Assembly (NCBI RefSeq): GCF_006345805.1
Contig: NC_042998.1
Location: 200,756,001 to 200,820,000 of the forward strand
Source: Octopus sinensis
Lineage: Eukaryota
Direction: 5' to 3'
Length of the DNA stretch: 64,000 bases
The notes under the pieces were generated by a model. That model searched no databases. It had not been told where the DNA came from and saw only the letters and a program-made list of their open reading frames with translations. Position numbers and translations under genes: made by a program. Below are positions 11,951 through 25,385 of this stretch, one piece after another (the first letter of the stretch is position 1; the number at the start of each line of letters is the position of its first letter).

Positions 11951-13761
11951 GTTTTAGTCTTGGCGAAACCATATTTGTTGTCCGTCAATGTTTTTCGTCT
12001 TTTGTACTGCAGGTATTTAGTGTAGATCTCTTACTTTTAAATCGCATGAAAGCAGTATACGAAGAGGGATCTTATAAAATTGTCGGTAGCCCATGCAAAG
12101 ATTTCGATGTGATTTATTCCTTCTGTGGCTTGCGTCTTTCGTGACAAGTCTCCACGCCTATGGGGACTAGACAATTTTTTATCTTGTGACACATTTAATT
12201 TTTCAAAGCTCATTGGAGTGAGATTTGCATCAGATTTATTATATAATTCTCCCCAAGTTCATTAACTATCCTAATGTTACTGATGCTCGCAAAGTTGGGC
12301 AAAATAATGATACTCTTCTCCCTTTTCTCTTCACTGTAAAAGTATGTGTTTCACATGATATGAATATAGTTTTAAAACCACGACTACAGGACTAATATGT
12401 TAGAAGCACCCTAATAACATTTTCATTGACGTTGAAGTTTCCAAGAAAACTGCAAATTGCTCATTTATATGTCTGCTCGCCAAGCTCTCACAGAGATGAA
12501 GCTTGAATTTTACATGATAGTAAAAAGTGCCTATAATATATTACAGGAAATTTTGAGGGTAGAACGTAATAGAATAGTAAATATATGCAATAGTCAGAAA
12601 AGAAATAATTTATAACTTAATCAATTAAGTCAAATTTTCAAGCAAATGGATACAGAGACATATGAAAATACATAATATTCCTTAGAAGTGATTGAGAATA
12701 AATATAAATAAATAAATAGAGGTAGGATATTTTGAATAGTTTTGGAAGAAACACGTGAGTTTTTCTGTGTTATGGGATAAATAGAGCTTTTAGTTAATTT
12801 TAACTGTTGAATGCATATTAAATGAAAACTAAAAGGAAGGATACTTCCGTGTATGAAAATATGGAAAAAATATATAAATATGTAAAAATGAGGTAAGGCA
12901 GGGAAAAGTAACATAAGATTTGAAAATGTATTTTGTACGCAAGTAACATAGTGGAATCAGTGGTAGAAAGGTTGGTGTGTGGCTGATAATACGTAAGAAA
13001 GGAGCAAATTTCAGTGTAAATAGAATGAGATTCATAAAACATATTTCAGTATATATGTATGCGACTCTCAGTAGATGCACAACACGTCTGATGCGCAAGC
13101 ATATGAATTTAGGTATTATTGATTGAATGAGATCTAGCTAGCTAGATAGATAGATAGGTAGGGAAAGAAAGAGAGACACAGGCAGCTAGTTGGATGTATA
13201 TTGAAATAGATAAGTAGATAAAGAAAGAAAGAAGAGAGAAACGTAAGGCGGAAAGGAAAGAAAGAAGACACTGAGAGTTGGATACTGACTGAGCTTTCGA
13301 CAGATTTATATACATTGCTTATGTATAAATATAAATAGGTTGATTGACAGGCCCTACAGAAAAAATATAGCTAAGAATATGTACATTTAAATTTGAAGAA
13401 TGAAAAGTGGTAACGGCAGAAATATTGGGGTTTATATAAAATGACTAAATAGATATAAAATTTAAAACTTAAATGCACACAGGCAGGTAATAATGCGAAA
13501 TGGATGTGAAAATGTCTCTTAACTTCAATAGAATTTATAATTAAATTAACGAACAAGGAGTATACAAAAAATTAGTAAGGTGTAATTAGAAATATTCGAT
13601 AGTGGAAAAAGTAACGAAGAGCACATTGGCTATATAACGTCAAAATATTTTAACAAAGGAAAACACACTGGTGCCATTCGAATAGGTGATGCATTTAAAG
13701 TATGCACTGAAAAATATAGATAGATACATACACACACACATGTATATATATATATATATAT

Positions 13762-13818
<57 letters not shown>

Positions 13819-14007
13819 TATAATATATATGTATGTATGTATATGTATATAATATATATATATAACACGCAAACATACACATATACACACACAGCCCAAC
13901 GTACACACACATATATACACCCACATGCACACACATACACACATATACTTGAAACTGCCAGTTAAATAGCTTTCTACATTTTCAAAATGTAAATACCCTT
14001 GTGAATC

Positions 14008-14200
14008 GTTGGCAATTTTTTTTTCCTCCGCCTTCCATTTATATTGTACTTTCGTCTGTCTCCTGTTCCTGAAGAAGAGCTTTTCGAAATATAAAATGAC
14101 ACTTCTTTCCTTCCGTGAGCGTCTGCTAATACTTTACATTTATCACGCCCTCGCATTGTTGTTTTTCTTGGGTTTGTTCTTCGTTCTTTTGGATTTACTA
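14008..14200 (+). mobile_element. Diverged copy of the short element with a hammerhead-like motif
   Basis: GTTGGCAATTTTTTTTCCTCCG...CCTGAAGAAGAGC...CGAAA...GAGCGTC...TTGGATT is collinear with the copies at 18515, 19644 and 31372. Confidence 0.6.
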
Positions 14201-14274
14201 TTTTATATATACATATCTATCTATATATATACACACACACACGCACAAAAACACACATATATATGTACACACAA

Positions 14275-14324
<50 letters not shown>

Positions 14325-14459
14325 ATATATTGATAGAAATAATAAGACTACAAAAGAATGAAATAGTATTCGATATGTAAATAGAGGAATATATCTGGAA
14401 ATATATGTGACATGATGAAACTCCGAAACTCGGAGTGTTATCAAGGCTACCCAATAACT

Positions 14460-14493
14460 ATCACATATATTTACAAAAATATTTATATACATG

Positions 14494-14574
<81 letters not shown>

Positions 14575-14575
14575 G

Positions 14576-14611
<36 letters not shown>

Positions 14612-14637
14612 TACATATATATATATGTATACATATA

Positions 14638-14680
<43 letters not shown>

Positions 14681-14690
14681 TGTATGCATG

Positions 14691-14722
<32 letters not shown>

Positions 14723-14723
14723 G

Positions 14724-14785
<62 letters not shown>

Positions 14786-14790
14786 GATAC
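14460..14790. repeat. Long (TA)n/(TACA)n array
   Basis: Directly visible. Confidence 0.95.
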
Positions 14791-14939
14791 ACAGACATAC
14801 AGGAAGTAATAGACACCTTTAACTTCCCAAATTTCCTGATCGAAGTTTCTTAATATGTTTTCTGCGGTGTAGAGTTTACAATGTAATGATTCTTTTTCAT
14901 TCAAGGTGCCATTATATTAGAGATTTGCAAAGCGCAACC

Positions 14940-15468
14940 ATGCCATGCACAAAATAAATTCAGCAGAACCGTCAGATTTTCAAAGAGTTCGTATTATTTG
15001 GAAATTTGAGGGTGGTTTTAGCTAGCCACAAATTGCCGAAAATCTTCAAATTCCTCTTGCTACTGGGAAGGGAGGCTTCACTGTTTGAAGAGAATTGTGG
15101 AAAATGAACCCTGTTCGAAGGCTTCTGACATTGCAAAACAGCTAGAAGTTTGTGCAAGTACGTGTGTTACATATCTGCATAAGATTGGGTATTATGGATG
15201 AGCAGCTAGAAGACAACCTCTGCTTCAACCAAATAATATCATGAAAAGAAAGAAACGGGCTAAGGATATGTCAGAAAAATCCAGTTCACTTTGGGATAGA
15301 GTGATTTTTTCAGATGAATCTAGATTTGCCTTATTTTCACACAGTAGACCTGTTTGAGTCTGGACGCTTCCCAATCAAGAATTTGATTTGAAACGACTCC
15401 AACCAACTGTGAAACATAACGGTATCTCTGCAATGGTATGGGGAGCTGTCCACCAGCAATGGTCGTTC
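14940..15468 (+). pseudogene. Tc1-family transposase remnant
   Basis: Frames give SDFQRVRII..GFS*PQIAENLQIP (HTH) and WDRVIFSDESRFALF...[14 protein letters not shown] (first catalytic Asp region), with stops, frameshifts and an internal deletion. Confidence 0.85.
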
Positions 15469-15785
15469 TGTGTGTGCACGTGTATATGTGTGAGTGTGTG
15501 TGTGTAATTTTCTGAATCTGATAAAATCAAGCTATTTAGATAACAACGGTAACAAGGTAGTATCGGGGATAGCACACCTGTTGACTAAACGTACGTACTA
15601 CATCAAATACGAATGTCACCTGCCAGTAAAGTATTCGTTCACAAGTATTAACCACATAAACGTGTACGTGAAGTTACACCGGAGAACTCTCCAGTAAGTA
15701 ATGCACTGTTCACAGTCGGCTCAAGGTCCAACGAAAAGAAGGTTCCGAGTGTAGTAATGCATAAAGAATAATACAAATGAGCTAA

Positions 15786-15855
15786 GGTTTACTACAGCTG
15801 TTTCAGAATTTTTGTCAATCAGTAAATAGCACATTTGAAACAGCTGTAGTGAACC
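15786..15855. repeat. 20-bp inverted repeat with 30-nt spacer containing GAAACAGCTGTA
   Basis: GGTTTACTACAGCTGTTTCA / TGAAACAGCTGTAGTGAACC, 19 of 20 complementary. Confidence 0.85.
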
Positions 15856-16055
15856 TGTCGCACCTGTGTTTTTATTTATAAATAATTACATATATGCATG
15901 AATACATTCATACATACGTACGTACGTACCTAGTAGGTTGTGACTAAATGTAACAAACAGAAAAGTGCGTGTGAGATAAAATAGATCGAATGTTTCGAAC
16001 AGGTTAATAACTACTGAGATAAAGCCTGTATATGTATAAATCTACCTCTAATCCG

Positions 16056-16248
16056 TGTTCAGTCATTTGCCTATAACCATGCCTATGACCACCCTTAGTC
16101 GAACAAATATACCACAGGACTTATTCTTTGTAACTCTAATACTTATCCCATCGTTTCCTTTGCCAAACCGCTAAGTTACGAGGCCGTAAATACACAAGCC
16201 TCGCTTGTCAAATGATGGTAGAGGCGAGGGCAAACATCCACACAAATA

Positions 16249-16303
<55 letters not shown>

Positions 16304-16465
16304 GACGGGCTTCTTTCAGTTTCGTCTACCAAATCCTCTCACAATGCTTTGGCCTGCCCGGCCCGAGGCTATTGCATCCATCTACCTAAGGTGCCACGCA
16401 GTGGGACCGAAACTGAAACTATGTGGTTGTGAAGCAAGATACTTATCTCACAGCCACTCTTGTGC
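16056..16465 (-). mobile_element. SINE family A, older diverged copy
   Basis: Collinear with family A with many substitutions. Confidence 0.8.
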
Positions 16466-18232
16466 TGTGTATTTATATTTCTTATTGAAGGTTGATAAAT
16501 AACAATGAGAGTCAAATTTAGACAGGTAAGTTTACAGAGATGAAAATATATAATTAGGAATAAAGATGAAATATTTTTTGATACATTAGGAGAGGCGCAT
16601 GTATGTTGTGTATAGAACTGTGTGGAAAAGGATATTTAGAAACGTAGATTGATGTAATTTCAAGTAAGTAGATATATAAAAGAAAATATATGTAGAAACC
16701 TAGGCATACGAGTAGGCCGAAGCTTTATAACATAGTTATGATATAAACTACTTATCGAATCAACACATGAATTCGATGTCATGAGATGACAGAAAAAAAG
16801 TACTATTTATACATGCGTCATACGTGTATGCATGTATATATATATACATATATATACACATACACACACCACAGAGACATACACACAAACACGTGCCGAC
16901 TCTCAAAAGTCATACTAATCGAGTATGAGTATCTGTATTATCTTACCTGAAATACCTTCATATGTCCACCAGTCAGACCAAAGCGATGTTTTTCCTACAC
17001 AAAAAAAGAGAAAATAAATTAATTAGTAGTTGCCATGTTTAGATATTTCAAATAGATGAAGAAATAATATTCTGAAACATATGAAGATAATAGAAAACGG
17101 GTTCAAATCTATAGATTATTTGAGTAAATACTTAATAATTGTTAATAATTAAGATATATCAAAATTAAGATGCATGGAATTAAATGAAACGTCAGCAGAA
17201 TATGAAATAAAGCAAAATAATATTACAGTCGACGTACGTTAAATGCGGGTGTCGTCGGGTATATTGGTTAATCACCGAAGTTTCGACCCATTTATACTAA
17301 TTAACCTACAATGTTTGTTAGCTACCAAGTGTTCCCATAAATTCAGTAGTTTAGTCACTGACTGACACGTAAGTGAAGTAATTGGAACCGCGTTCGTTTC
17401 GACGTTGTGTAATCACATGTTCGGTCAAGTGAAATTTCATCGTGTATTTTGTTTGAGTATCCAAGTGACGCGTGTTCTTTTGACGTAATTATGAAGCAGT
17501 GTGGATGCTAAAAGTGCAAATCTGGATACTCCAAATACATGTCTCTATCTGACTTCCAGAAATATTGTCCATCTTTAAGTTATCGCAAAAGATATAGAAC
17601 ACATCGGGATTATTTACCTAATATCACACGCAATTAAGTTGAATCCAGAGTCACGTGAGTGGAAAGCGAATATTTTATCTACTTTAACATGAGGCGTTCA
17701 ATGACTAACCGTGATACACTCTTACGTCTGTGATTATAATAAGGTAACTACTTTTAACTTCCGAAGGTTTGCTACGGAGAGATTCTTTAAAATTAGGATT
17801 AAATAACTTTTCGTATGAAGGATCAGAATGCGTAAGTCTGAGCTGGGGTGGACTGAATTTTCAGTTTCTGCCACTAATTATATCATTACAAGCAAAGGGT
17901 ATTTTCCCGCTGTTTGTATATTCAAACGTACAAGCACTTAAGCACATACACATATACACGCATGCGCACATCAATTTACATTATATGGATGAGGTTCCGT
18001 AAATAAATCATTTACCCGATCAAATATAAATATTTCAATAAATACTGTTTTACAAGGTTTACGCACATTTTATGAAGTCTTTAATCAAAGCTGTTTATAT
18101 AATGAATATTACACTGAACTAGTTAAGGTTGTATCAAGAATATGCACATTCTTGTTAAAAAATATAACTTACATAAAGCTGTAACGTATACCTTATATAT
18201 ACGTGTGTGTGAATGAAGGTATATATATGTAT

Positions 18233-18320
<88 letters not shown>

Positions 18321-18326
18321 TATTAA

Positions 18327-18420
18327 ATTAGAGACAAAACCACTATTAGGCAAATCAAACAATGAAAGACTTAAGCCAAAATCTGATTTTTCCCTGTAAG
18401 TTTGGATTTATTCCCTAATA
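18327..18420. repeat. Short dispersed repeat shared with 63215-63410
   Basis: ATTAGAGAYAAACCACTATTA.GCAA.TCAAACA and TTTTCCCTGTAAGTTTGGA occur in both; both sit next to (TA)n. Confidence 0.7.
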
Positions 18421-18438
18421 TTTATTATTATTAATATA

Positions 18439-18503
<65 letters not shown>

Positions 18504-18514
18504 ATATGTATATA

Positions 18515-18722
18515 TAGTTAATCCAAACATGAAAACACAAAGAGAAAACACAACAACGAGAGGACGTGAAACAAATATAGTATTATTGGACGCTTAGGAA
18601 GGAGGGGAAGAAGGAGGATTTAATGTTTCGAACGGAGCGCTTCGTCGGAAACATGGGAGAAGGTTAAAGATCCAGAGAAGGGAAGACAGAGGAAAAAAAA
18701 TCGCCAACTGTACACACGCGGT
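18515..18722 (-). mobile_element. Short (about 205 bp) element with a minimal hammerhead-like motif, probably PLE-derived
   Basis: Reverse complement of 19644-19850 and 31372-31575; motif TGTTTCCGACGAAGCGCTCCGTTCGAAACATTAAA; flanked by (TA)n. Confidence 0.75.
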
Positions 18723-19429
18723 CTGTATGTGTATATATATATATATATATACATATACACATATATGAGTGGGGAGAGTGTATGTGTATGTATGTGTGTA
18801 TATATTAGGTGAGAAAATGCTATGCAGTGAGAGAAAGGGATAGTGAATTTAAATTAAAATATGGTCCATATCTGTAGCATCAGTTATAATTAATGCTTTA
18901 TCGAGCGCTATTAACTATTGCAGAAATTGTTTGCAATGGAATCATTTCATAATTTTATTTTCTGCTATACAGTTAACTGTCATTGGGTTGCGTAATTTCT
19001 CTGCCATTGATTTAAAATATTTGTACATTCGCAGCAAAATTGAATCTTGTTTCATCATATTACCAATTTCATAGATTTTTATCGAATGGCTAGGTTAAAT
19101 CTCTGGCATACTAACATGTCATAATCCATACCTGCTTCCAGTAAAGAGAAACAGATATACCCAAACACTCACGTATGCATACTCATATTGAAGCACACAG
19201 CACACCCATCTATCCAAACACATACACACATATCTATGAATGTACGTATATATGGATGGATGCATGGCATTTGCATATATGCGTTTATGTATGTATAGTA
19301 ATATATAACGGTAGACTCTCAATCAATCAATTTGTTGATGAACAACCTGCATAGATCACTTGTTCATAATGATCAAACCCTACTGCACACCTTTCCGATG
19401 GTTCTGTGTTGCTCCCACCATATCTCTGT

Positions 19430-19643
<214 letters not shown>

Positions 19644-19647
<4 letters not shown>

Positions 19648-19850
19648 GCGTGTGTATCGTTGGCGATTATTTTCCTCCGTCTTCCCTTACTTGGATCTTC
19701 CCTTTTCCTATGCTTCCGACGAAGAGCCCCGCTCGGAACTTTAAATCCTCCTTCTTTCTTTCTTTTCCTGAGCGTCCAATAACACTATACTTGTTCCACG
19801 TCCTCGCGTTGTTGTATTTTCTCTTTGTGTTTTCATGTTTGGATTAACTT
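19644..19850 (+). mobile_element. Short element with a hammerhead-like motif, second copy
   Basis: ACGCGTGTGTATCGTTGGCGATT...TTCCGACGAAGAGCCCCGCTCGGAAC...GTTTGGATTAACT. Confidence 0.75.
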
Positions 19851-19904
19851 TACATTTACATATATATATATATATATATATAGATATATATATATATATA
19901 TATA

Positions 19905-19939
<35 letters not shown>

Positions 19940-19950
19940 TATATAGAAGG

Positions 19951-20000
19951 AGCTTCTACAGGACTAGAACTGTTTCATTCAAGAGAAATCTTCAGGAAGC
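19951..20000 (-). ncRNA. Mirror-image type I hammerhead ribozyme (predicted)
   Basis: Same sequence on the minus strand because of the palindrome; 5-bp stem I; predicted cleavage between 19957 and 19956. Confidence 0.65.
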
Positions 20001-20005
20001 ACTTC

Positions 20006-20056
20006 AGCTTCCTGAAGATTTCTCTTGAATGAAACAGTTCTAGTCCTGTAGAAGCT
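20006..20056 (+). ncRNA. Type I hammerhead ribozyme (predicted)
   Basis: Stem I AGCUUC/GAAGCU, core CUGAAGA (20012-20018), short stem II UUC-UCUU-GAA with U.U at 10.1-11.1, GAAA, stem III ACAG/CUGU with loop UUCUAGUC, predicted cleavage GUA after 20050. Folded by eye. Confidence 0.7.
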
Positions 20057-20139
20057 CCTTCTATATAATAAATTAAGTTTACTCTGCTATGTATTGAGTA
20101 CCTTATTTACTGTGGTTAACCCCGAATCAACCCGGGACC

Positions 20140-20195
<56 letters not shown>

Positions 20196-21189
20196 GTTTG
20201 TATATATATATATTTGTGTGTGTGTGTGTGTGTGTGTGTATTAATTGTACACACAACCGACCGTTTTCGTCTATCGAATAATACAAAGAATTGGTTTACT
20301 CGAAACTACAATAGGAAATATTTGCAGTACCCATTTGCGTCTATTGGAAATCCGCAACTCATCTTCCTCTTATATTTGTCTAAGACAGTACACCACTGTT
20401 TGACGTTTATAAACAGAGGTGATGTTCTTTCAATATCTCTTGTCAGGATAAAATTTTAAAATTAATAAATGACTCCGTTATCCATGTATTTACTATCGTT
20501 CATCTCTTTTTCATTTGGAATTCTGAAACTTATGTCAGTAACACCATCATATATATACGATCATCTCCCTAGGTTATTTAAGTTCTCAGTATGACTTCTG
20601 TTATCTCAACACACTAAGTTAGAGGAAGAGATATTTTATGTTAATTGAATCTACAATTATGTCAATATCTATCAGCTAGATAAAATGCCTAACTTAATTA
20701 ACTTGGTCAAAATACAAAATGTTTTTCCTACTATGAGAGATTTCATCGTCGTCTCTACCGCAGCCACATCAATACATTATCACACAATACTGCGAGTTCA
20801 CAACCCCCTTCATAAACTGAGTTGACCCTATGAATTTTTCTTATTTCCAAGATTTCAACCAGTTTAAAACTTTTTCTTTGTTATCAGACTTCATGTAGCA
20901 TTTCATGCTGGACAAATAAGCTACATAGATTATTTTTCGAAATTAAGTCATGTCTTTAAGGTAGTTTTAAGTTTAGACGCTGGAAGGGCCAAGTTGTCGA
21001 AACTTCAAGACATAAAAAAATGCTCCCCGTACACACGTTATATGAGAGCGACATGAGTATTGTGCTTATGAAGGGCCAACTTAGGGATAAATAACAATCC
21101 GAACAATCTTCTTTTTTTTTTCAAAGCTTGGTTCGCTCTATATTTTTAGTGCATTTTCTAATTGCTGATATTTTTGTCATTTTTTTTCT

Positions 21190-21590
21190 TTTTTTTGTTT
21201 CAGCTCAGAGCTGCGGCCATGCCGATGCACCGCCGTTTTGTGCTACACCGTTATTACTAAGACCCTCGTCTAATATGTGGCACTTGGTGACGAATGGAGA
21301 TTGATATAGCTACTCTCATTTGCACCACTTGCCGCGAGGTAGATTCATCTGGGACTCTCGACAGGAAGCGGTCTAGCTTTGATTTAAAAATCGCTACATC
21401 TACTTTGTGCAAGTTCCTCATACCCTTCGGGAGAATATTAAAACTTTTGGGCCCTTGAAACACAGACTGTTGCAGTAGCTGGTCATGAAGCGTGATGGCA
21501 TTGCTGGGATCTTTGGCACTATGCAATGTCGTCCCGTTCTAGCATTGTTGTAGCTTTCAGTGCCAAGTTTTGGCACAGGATTTAATCAGA
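21190..21590 (-). mobile_element. 5'-truncated CR1/L2-group LINE: ORF2 C-terminus and 3' UTR
   Basis: Translates as ESYNNARTGRHCIVPKIP...YCNSLCFKGP / FNILPKGMRNLHKVDVAIFKSKLDRFLSRVPDE (one frameshift), typical of CR1-group ORF2 ends; the 3' UTR ends in the SINE-like tail. Confidence 0.8.
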
Positions 21591-23580
21591 CACCTATGTT
21601 CAATGTCGTTCCGACCGTGACTACATCCTTTTCTTTGTAACAAGAATGTATCTTGGTCTGCCTTATCTCATATATTCTCATTTTTAGAAGTTAGAATATA
21701 TTTTAAGCAAGATTTGTTACTACGTCCTATGGGTTGCCTTGATGCATAAGCGAATACTTCTTAAAACGTAAAAAGACAATTTTGAATTTTTATCCAGAAA
21801 TAATACAATATTAACCAGGAACTAATATTTCATTTAATAAAGTTACTATTTCCAGCCACTTCTGATTTTTCATATTTGCTGCATTGAATTCTACCTGCAG
21901 CATAACTATTATTCATCCTTACCGGTGGCCTCTATGGATTATTTTTACCTGGTTATATAACGTAAGAATTTGCTGTAATCAATTCTCGGAAGGATCCCAT
22001 TATTTCTTAGATGTTTTAGGAGAAGATCTATGTCACAGCGTCTAGTTTGACCAAACCTTAAATATTTCACTTTAATTCATTTCTTTCAAACAAATATTTG
22101 ACTTTAAACACCTGTCCAATTTGTATAATTATTTGCGTTGCATAATTATTTTCAATTTGCCTTAATTATTCCATAATTATTTGCATTGTTTTAATTTACA
22201 AATATTTCCTCTAATTTGCAAGCATTTTTAACAGCAATCAGAAATCTCATTTTGAGAAATAAAATTTGAAAAATATTGAAAATAACTAATTTTTTCTCTG
22301 GACATAGTACAATGCGTAATTATACAGACGCAATTAACATAAAATCTTATTTTAAGAATTAGGTGTTGAAATTAATTTCGTGAATAGTCACTTTGGTTTA
22401 ATTCATTGATTTTCTGATTTTGTCTTCCACATACTTTTAAAAATTAAAACATTTTCTATAGGATTCCCATATATATCTGTTCAATTACAATTTGATTTAA
22501 AATGTTCCTTCAGCTCCAGAAAATAGGGTTTCAAGCTCAGTTCAGCGACCAATCGCTCTGTGTTGTAAATGTACAAACAATTACTTGGGAGTTTTTCATT
22601 GTATTGCTGTAGTTTATCATTAAAATTTCGACAAGTGAAACTTACCATTATATATCGCACCAGAATATAATCAGTATTTTTTAATTGTTGATACTGAAAT
22701 GGTGTAACGGCATTTTCGAACTCATCTTAGTCCTTATCGAAGAAGCGTGCAGTAGAAGGGTGAGTGCATTTGCGAAATCTATAAATCTAACGAAGAAATA
22801 TGATGGGAAGTGTTCACTCGGATTCTTGCAGAACAAGTAAAATTGATGGTAAATCGAAAGCCTGGGGTGTCATTTTATCTCTAGATTTTGCAGGTACAGT
22901 TTTAAAAATTCAGTAATTATCAACAAATGATATCTACGTGTGACAATTACCTGTTGAGTCTTACTGCTTTCTTAAAATACATCTGTGTTGTGTGTGCTTG
23001 TTTGTAGACGGTGGATAAATGTGATCCCAATGTTTCCAGAAGTAATATTTAATTCACTGGCATCCAGGTAAAGAATTCGATTTAAGAATTTCCAAATAGT
23101 TACCAGGCGCTAGGGCCTTACGTATGACATTTTTATTCTTAAAATATAAACAAAATAGCAAAATGAGATCAGGGTATGTTGATATTCAGACTACTCTAAG
23201 TTTGTAGTTGTTTAATCCCAAGTCAGCAATAATCAAGTGAGTCCCCGATTGAAATGATCTATCCGTAACTATTCTGTCATGCGAGTCCTTTTTCCTATGG
23301 CAGTAGTGTATGATAAACGTCCTGTTTTATGCATTGGGTGCGGATTACATTTTCATTGGTTCAAAACCTACGAGGAAATGGAGGAAATATTCTTCTGAGA
23401 AGAGTCCTGGTTCCAAGACATGCATAAAATGTTATTTTAAGCCAATTGATAGTCACACTAAACGATAGATTAACTCGTATATTGCTCTAGGTTCACAACC
23501 TATTAGAGGATCGTAGTGTGACATACCAGGTATTTTGGTCATTTCAAATTTCATTGCCTGATTACAGTTGAATCCTGTTT

Positions 23581-23594
23581 GAGAGAGAGAGAGA

Positions 23595-23642
<48 letters not shown>
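23581..23642. repeat. (GA)n microsatellite
   Basis: Directly visible. Confidence 0.95.
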
Positions 23643-23645
<3 letters not shown>

Positions 23646-24714
23646 TAAGTAGTTAACTTCCAGTCTGCTACTTCGAAAATTACTCGAACATAGATCACAG
23701 AGAACTGGAACAATTACTCCGTGACATTGTATTTAACGCTAAAATCATTGCTAATGCCTCTCTTTTATTCGATCTACTACCCAAGGAAATTCGACTGCAA
23801 TTTCTAACACTTCGATGCCTCCACATAGATGACCACTCATTGATTTGATTACATTGGTATTATGTTAGAAAACGGACAAAATTGTGGGTCCTTGTATTTA
23901 TTGCTTTTGAAGAAATCATGGATATCTCAGATTCTCCTTTTTCTCCCTCGAAACAATAAAATTTTGTCACGTAATACAATTCTTATTTTATATTTTTTCA
24001 CACATGGTATTATGTATGTATGTACATGCATAATATGTAGGTATGTATATGTATATTTATGTGCATGTGTTAGTGTGTGTGAGCGTAGCGTGTGTGATTC
24101 ATTGATTGATTGGGTCGACAAAATGTAATAATATGTTCTTCGCTTATGCATGTGATACTATAAAGGACGGTATTGATATCATAAATTACTTTCATCTGTG
24201 TTTCGCTTGTGATTATGTAAGAAATCAATATATTTCATTAATATCGGGCATAAAATATAAAAATATAAAATAACAATCAGGTGGCAGATTTTAATAATCA
24301 CAGCAAATAATGGCGATGCATTACAAATGCACAGGTAGATAGATCCAGTCTGATGTCTGTTGAGAGGGAGAAAGAGAGAGGCAGAGAGAGAGAGACACGA
24401 AGAGGTAGAGAAGGAGAGAGAGAAATATAGACAGACAGAGAAAGAGACGGAGAGAGAGAAAGAGAGAGAGAGAGAGAACCAGAAACAAAGACGGAGATCA
24501 TTTGATAAATAGAGACGGGTAGGGAAAATTTGCGTTCTAGCATTCATCTGAGTGTTTCTTCTGTTGAAGCTAATCACATTCTTAATCAGAAATAGAGGAC
24601 GTTAATGTTATTCTCTCATCGCTATACAACTCCAACAATACATTACCGTAGAAGAAAGGGAAACAAAGCTAATTCACACACTAAAACAAAAATACAGAGC
24701 GTTACACAAATACT

Positions 24715-24785
24715 GGCAGAGAAACGCTCGTATATAAATAGGCAGAGAAACGCACGTATATAAGTAGAAACGCACGTATATAAGT
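24715..24785. repeat. Three-unit minisatellite (AGAAACGCWCGTATATAA core)
   Basis: Units at 24715, 24741 and 24766. Confidence 0.8.
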
Positions 24786-25324
24786 GTGTGTTTCCAGATG
24801 TGTATATATGTATAGCTGTGTATAACCCGTATATATATATATATATGAGTATTTTTACGTAAACTGCAGTATATGCGGCAGTACGTGTTGGCCATGTTCT
24901 CTTTTTTCATTGGGCGGCATCTGTAATGGTTTATTGAGTAATACTTGCAAGTCGCTAGCACAATCCAACTAGATATTCTCTGTCGAATTGTAATTCTGAA
25001 TATAGCTCGGGAACTTCTGGGGGAAAACACACAGAAATGGGTGGAATGAGTAACTCAGAACAGTGAATAAAAAGGTAAGGAGGTGAAGTAGTGGATGCGA
25101 ATATATATATATAGTATGGAGGTTTTGTTCGCAGGTGATCTAAACGATTAGGTACCCTACGTAGGTGCTGTAACGAATTACTAAAGCTCCAAGATTTGAG
25201 CCGAGGCGATAGTTATGGAGCCATTGAAGATTTCCCATACAGCTACTATGTAATTTTTAAAGAGAACAAACGTTACAGCAAGGCAAACACCTCAAATCAT
25301 ATAGTTTGTTATTATTATTATTAC

Positions 25325-25385
<61 letters not shown>

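Larger units (their letters stand above)
19934..20073. repeat. Perfect palindrome, two 67-bp arms with a 6-nt loop
   Basis: 19934-20000 is the exact reverse complement of 20007-20073; loop ACTTCA. Confidence 0.97.

Noticed and set aside
12035-12157. Possible 123-nt minus-strand exon (ATAG acceptor, GTAAGA donor) with an open frame
   Set aside because: The peptide is not recognisable and no partner exons were found; such signals are expected by chance in 64 kb.
22545-22765. CCAAT box followed by AGG|GTGAGT as a possible first exon
   Set aside because: Short motifs only, with no supporting coding or transcript evidence.
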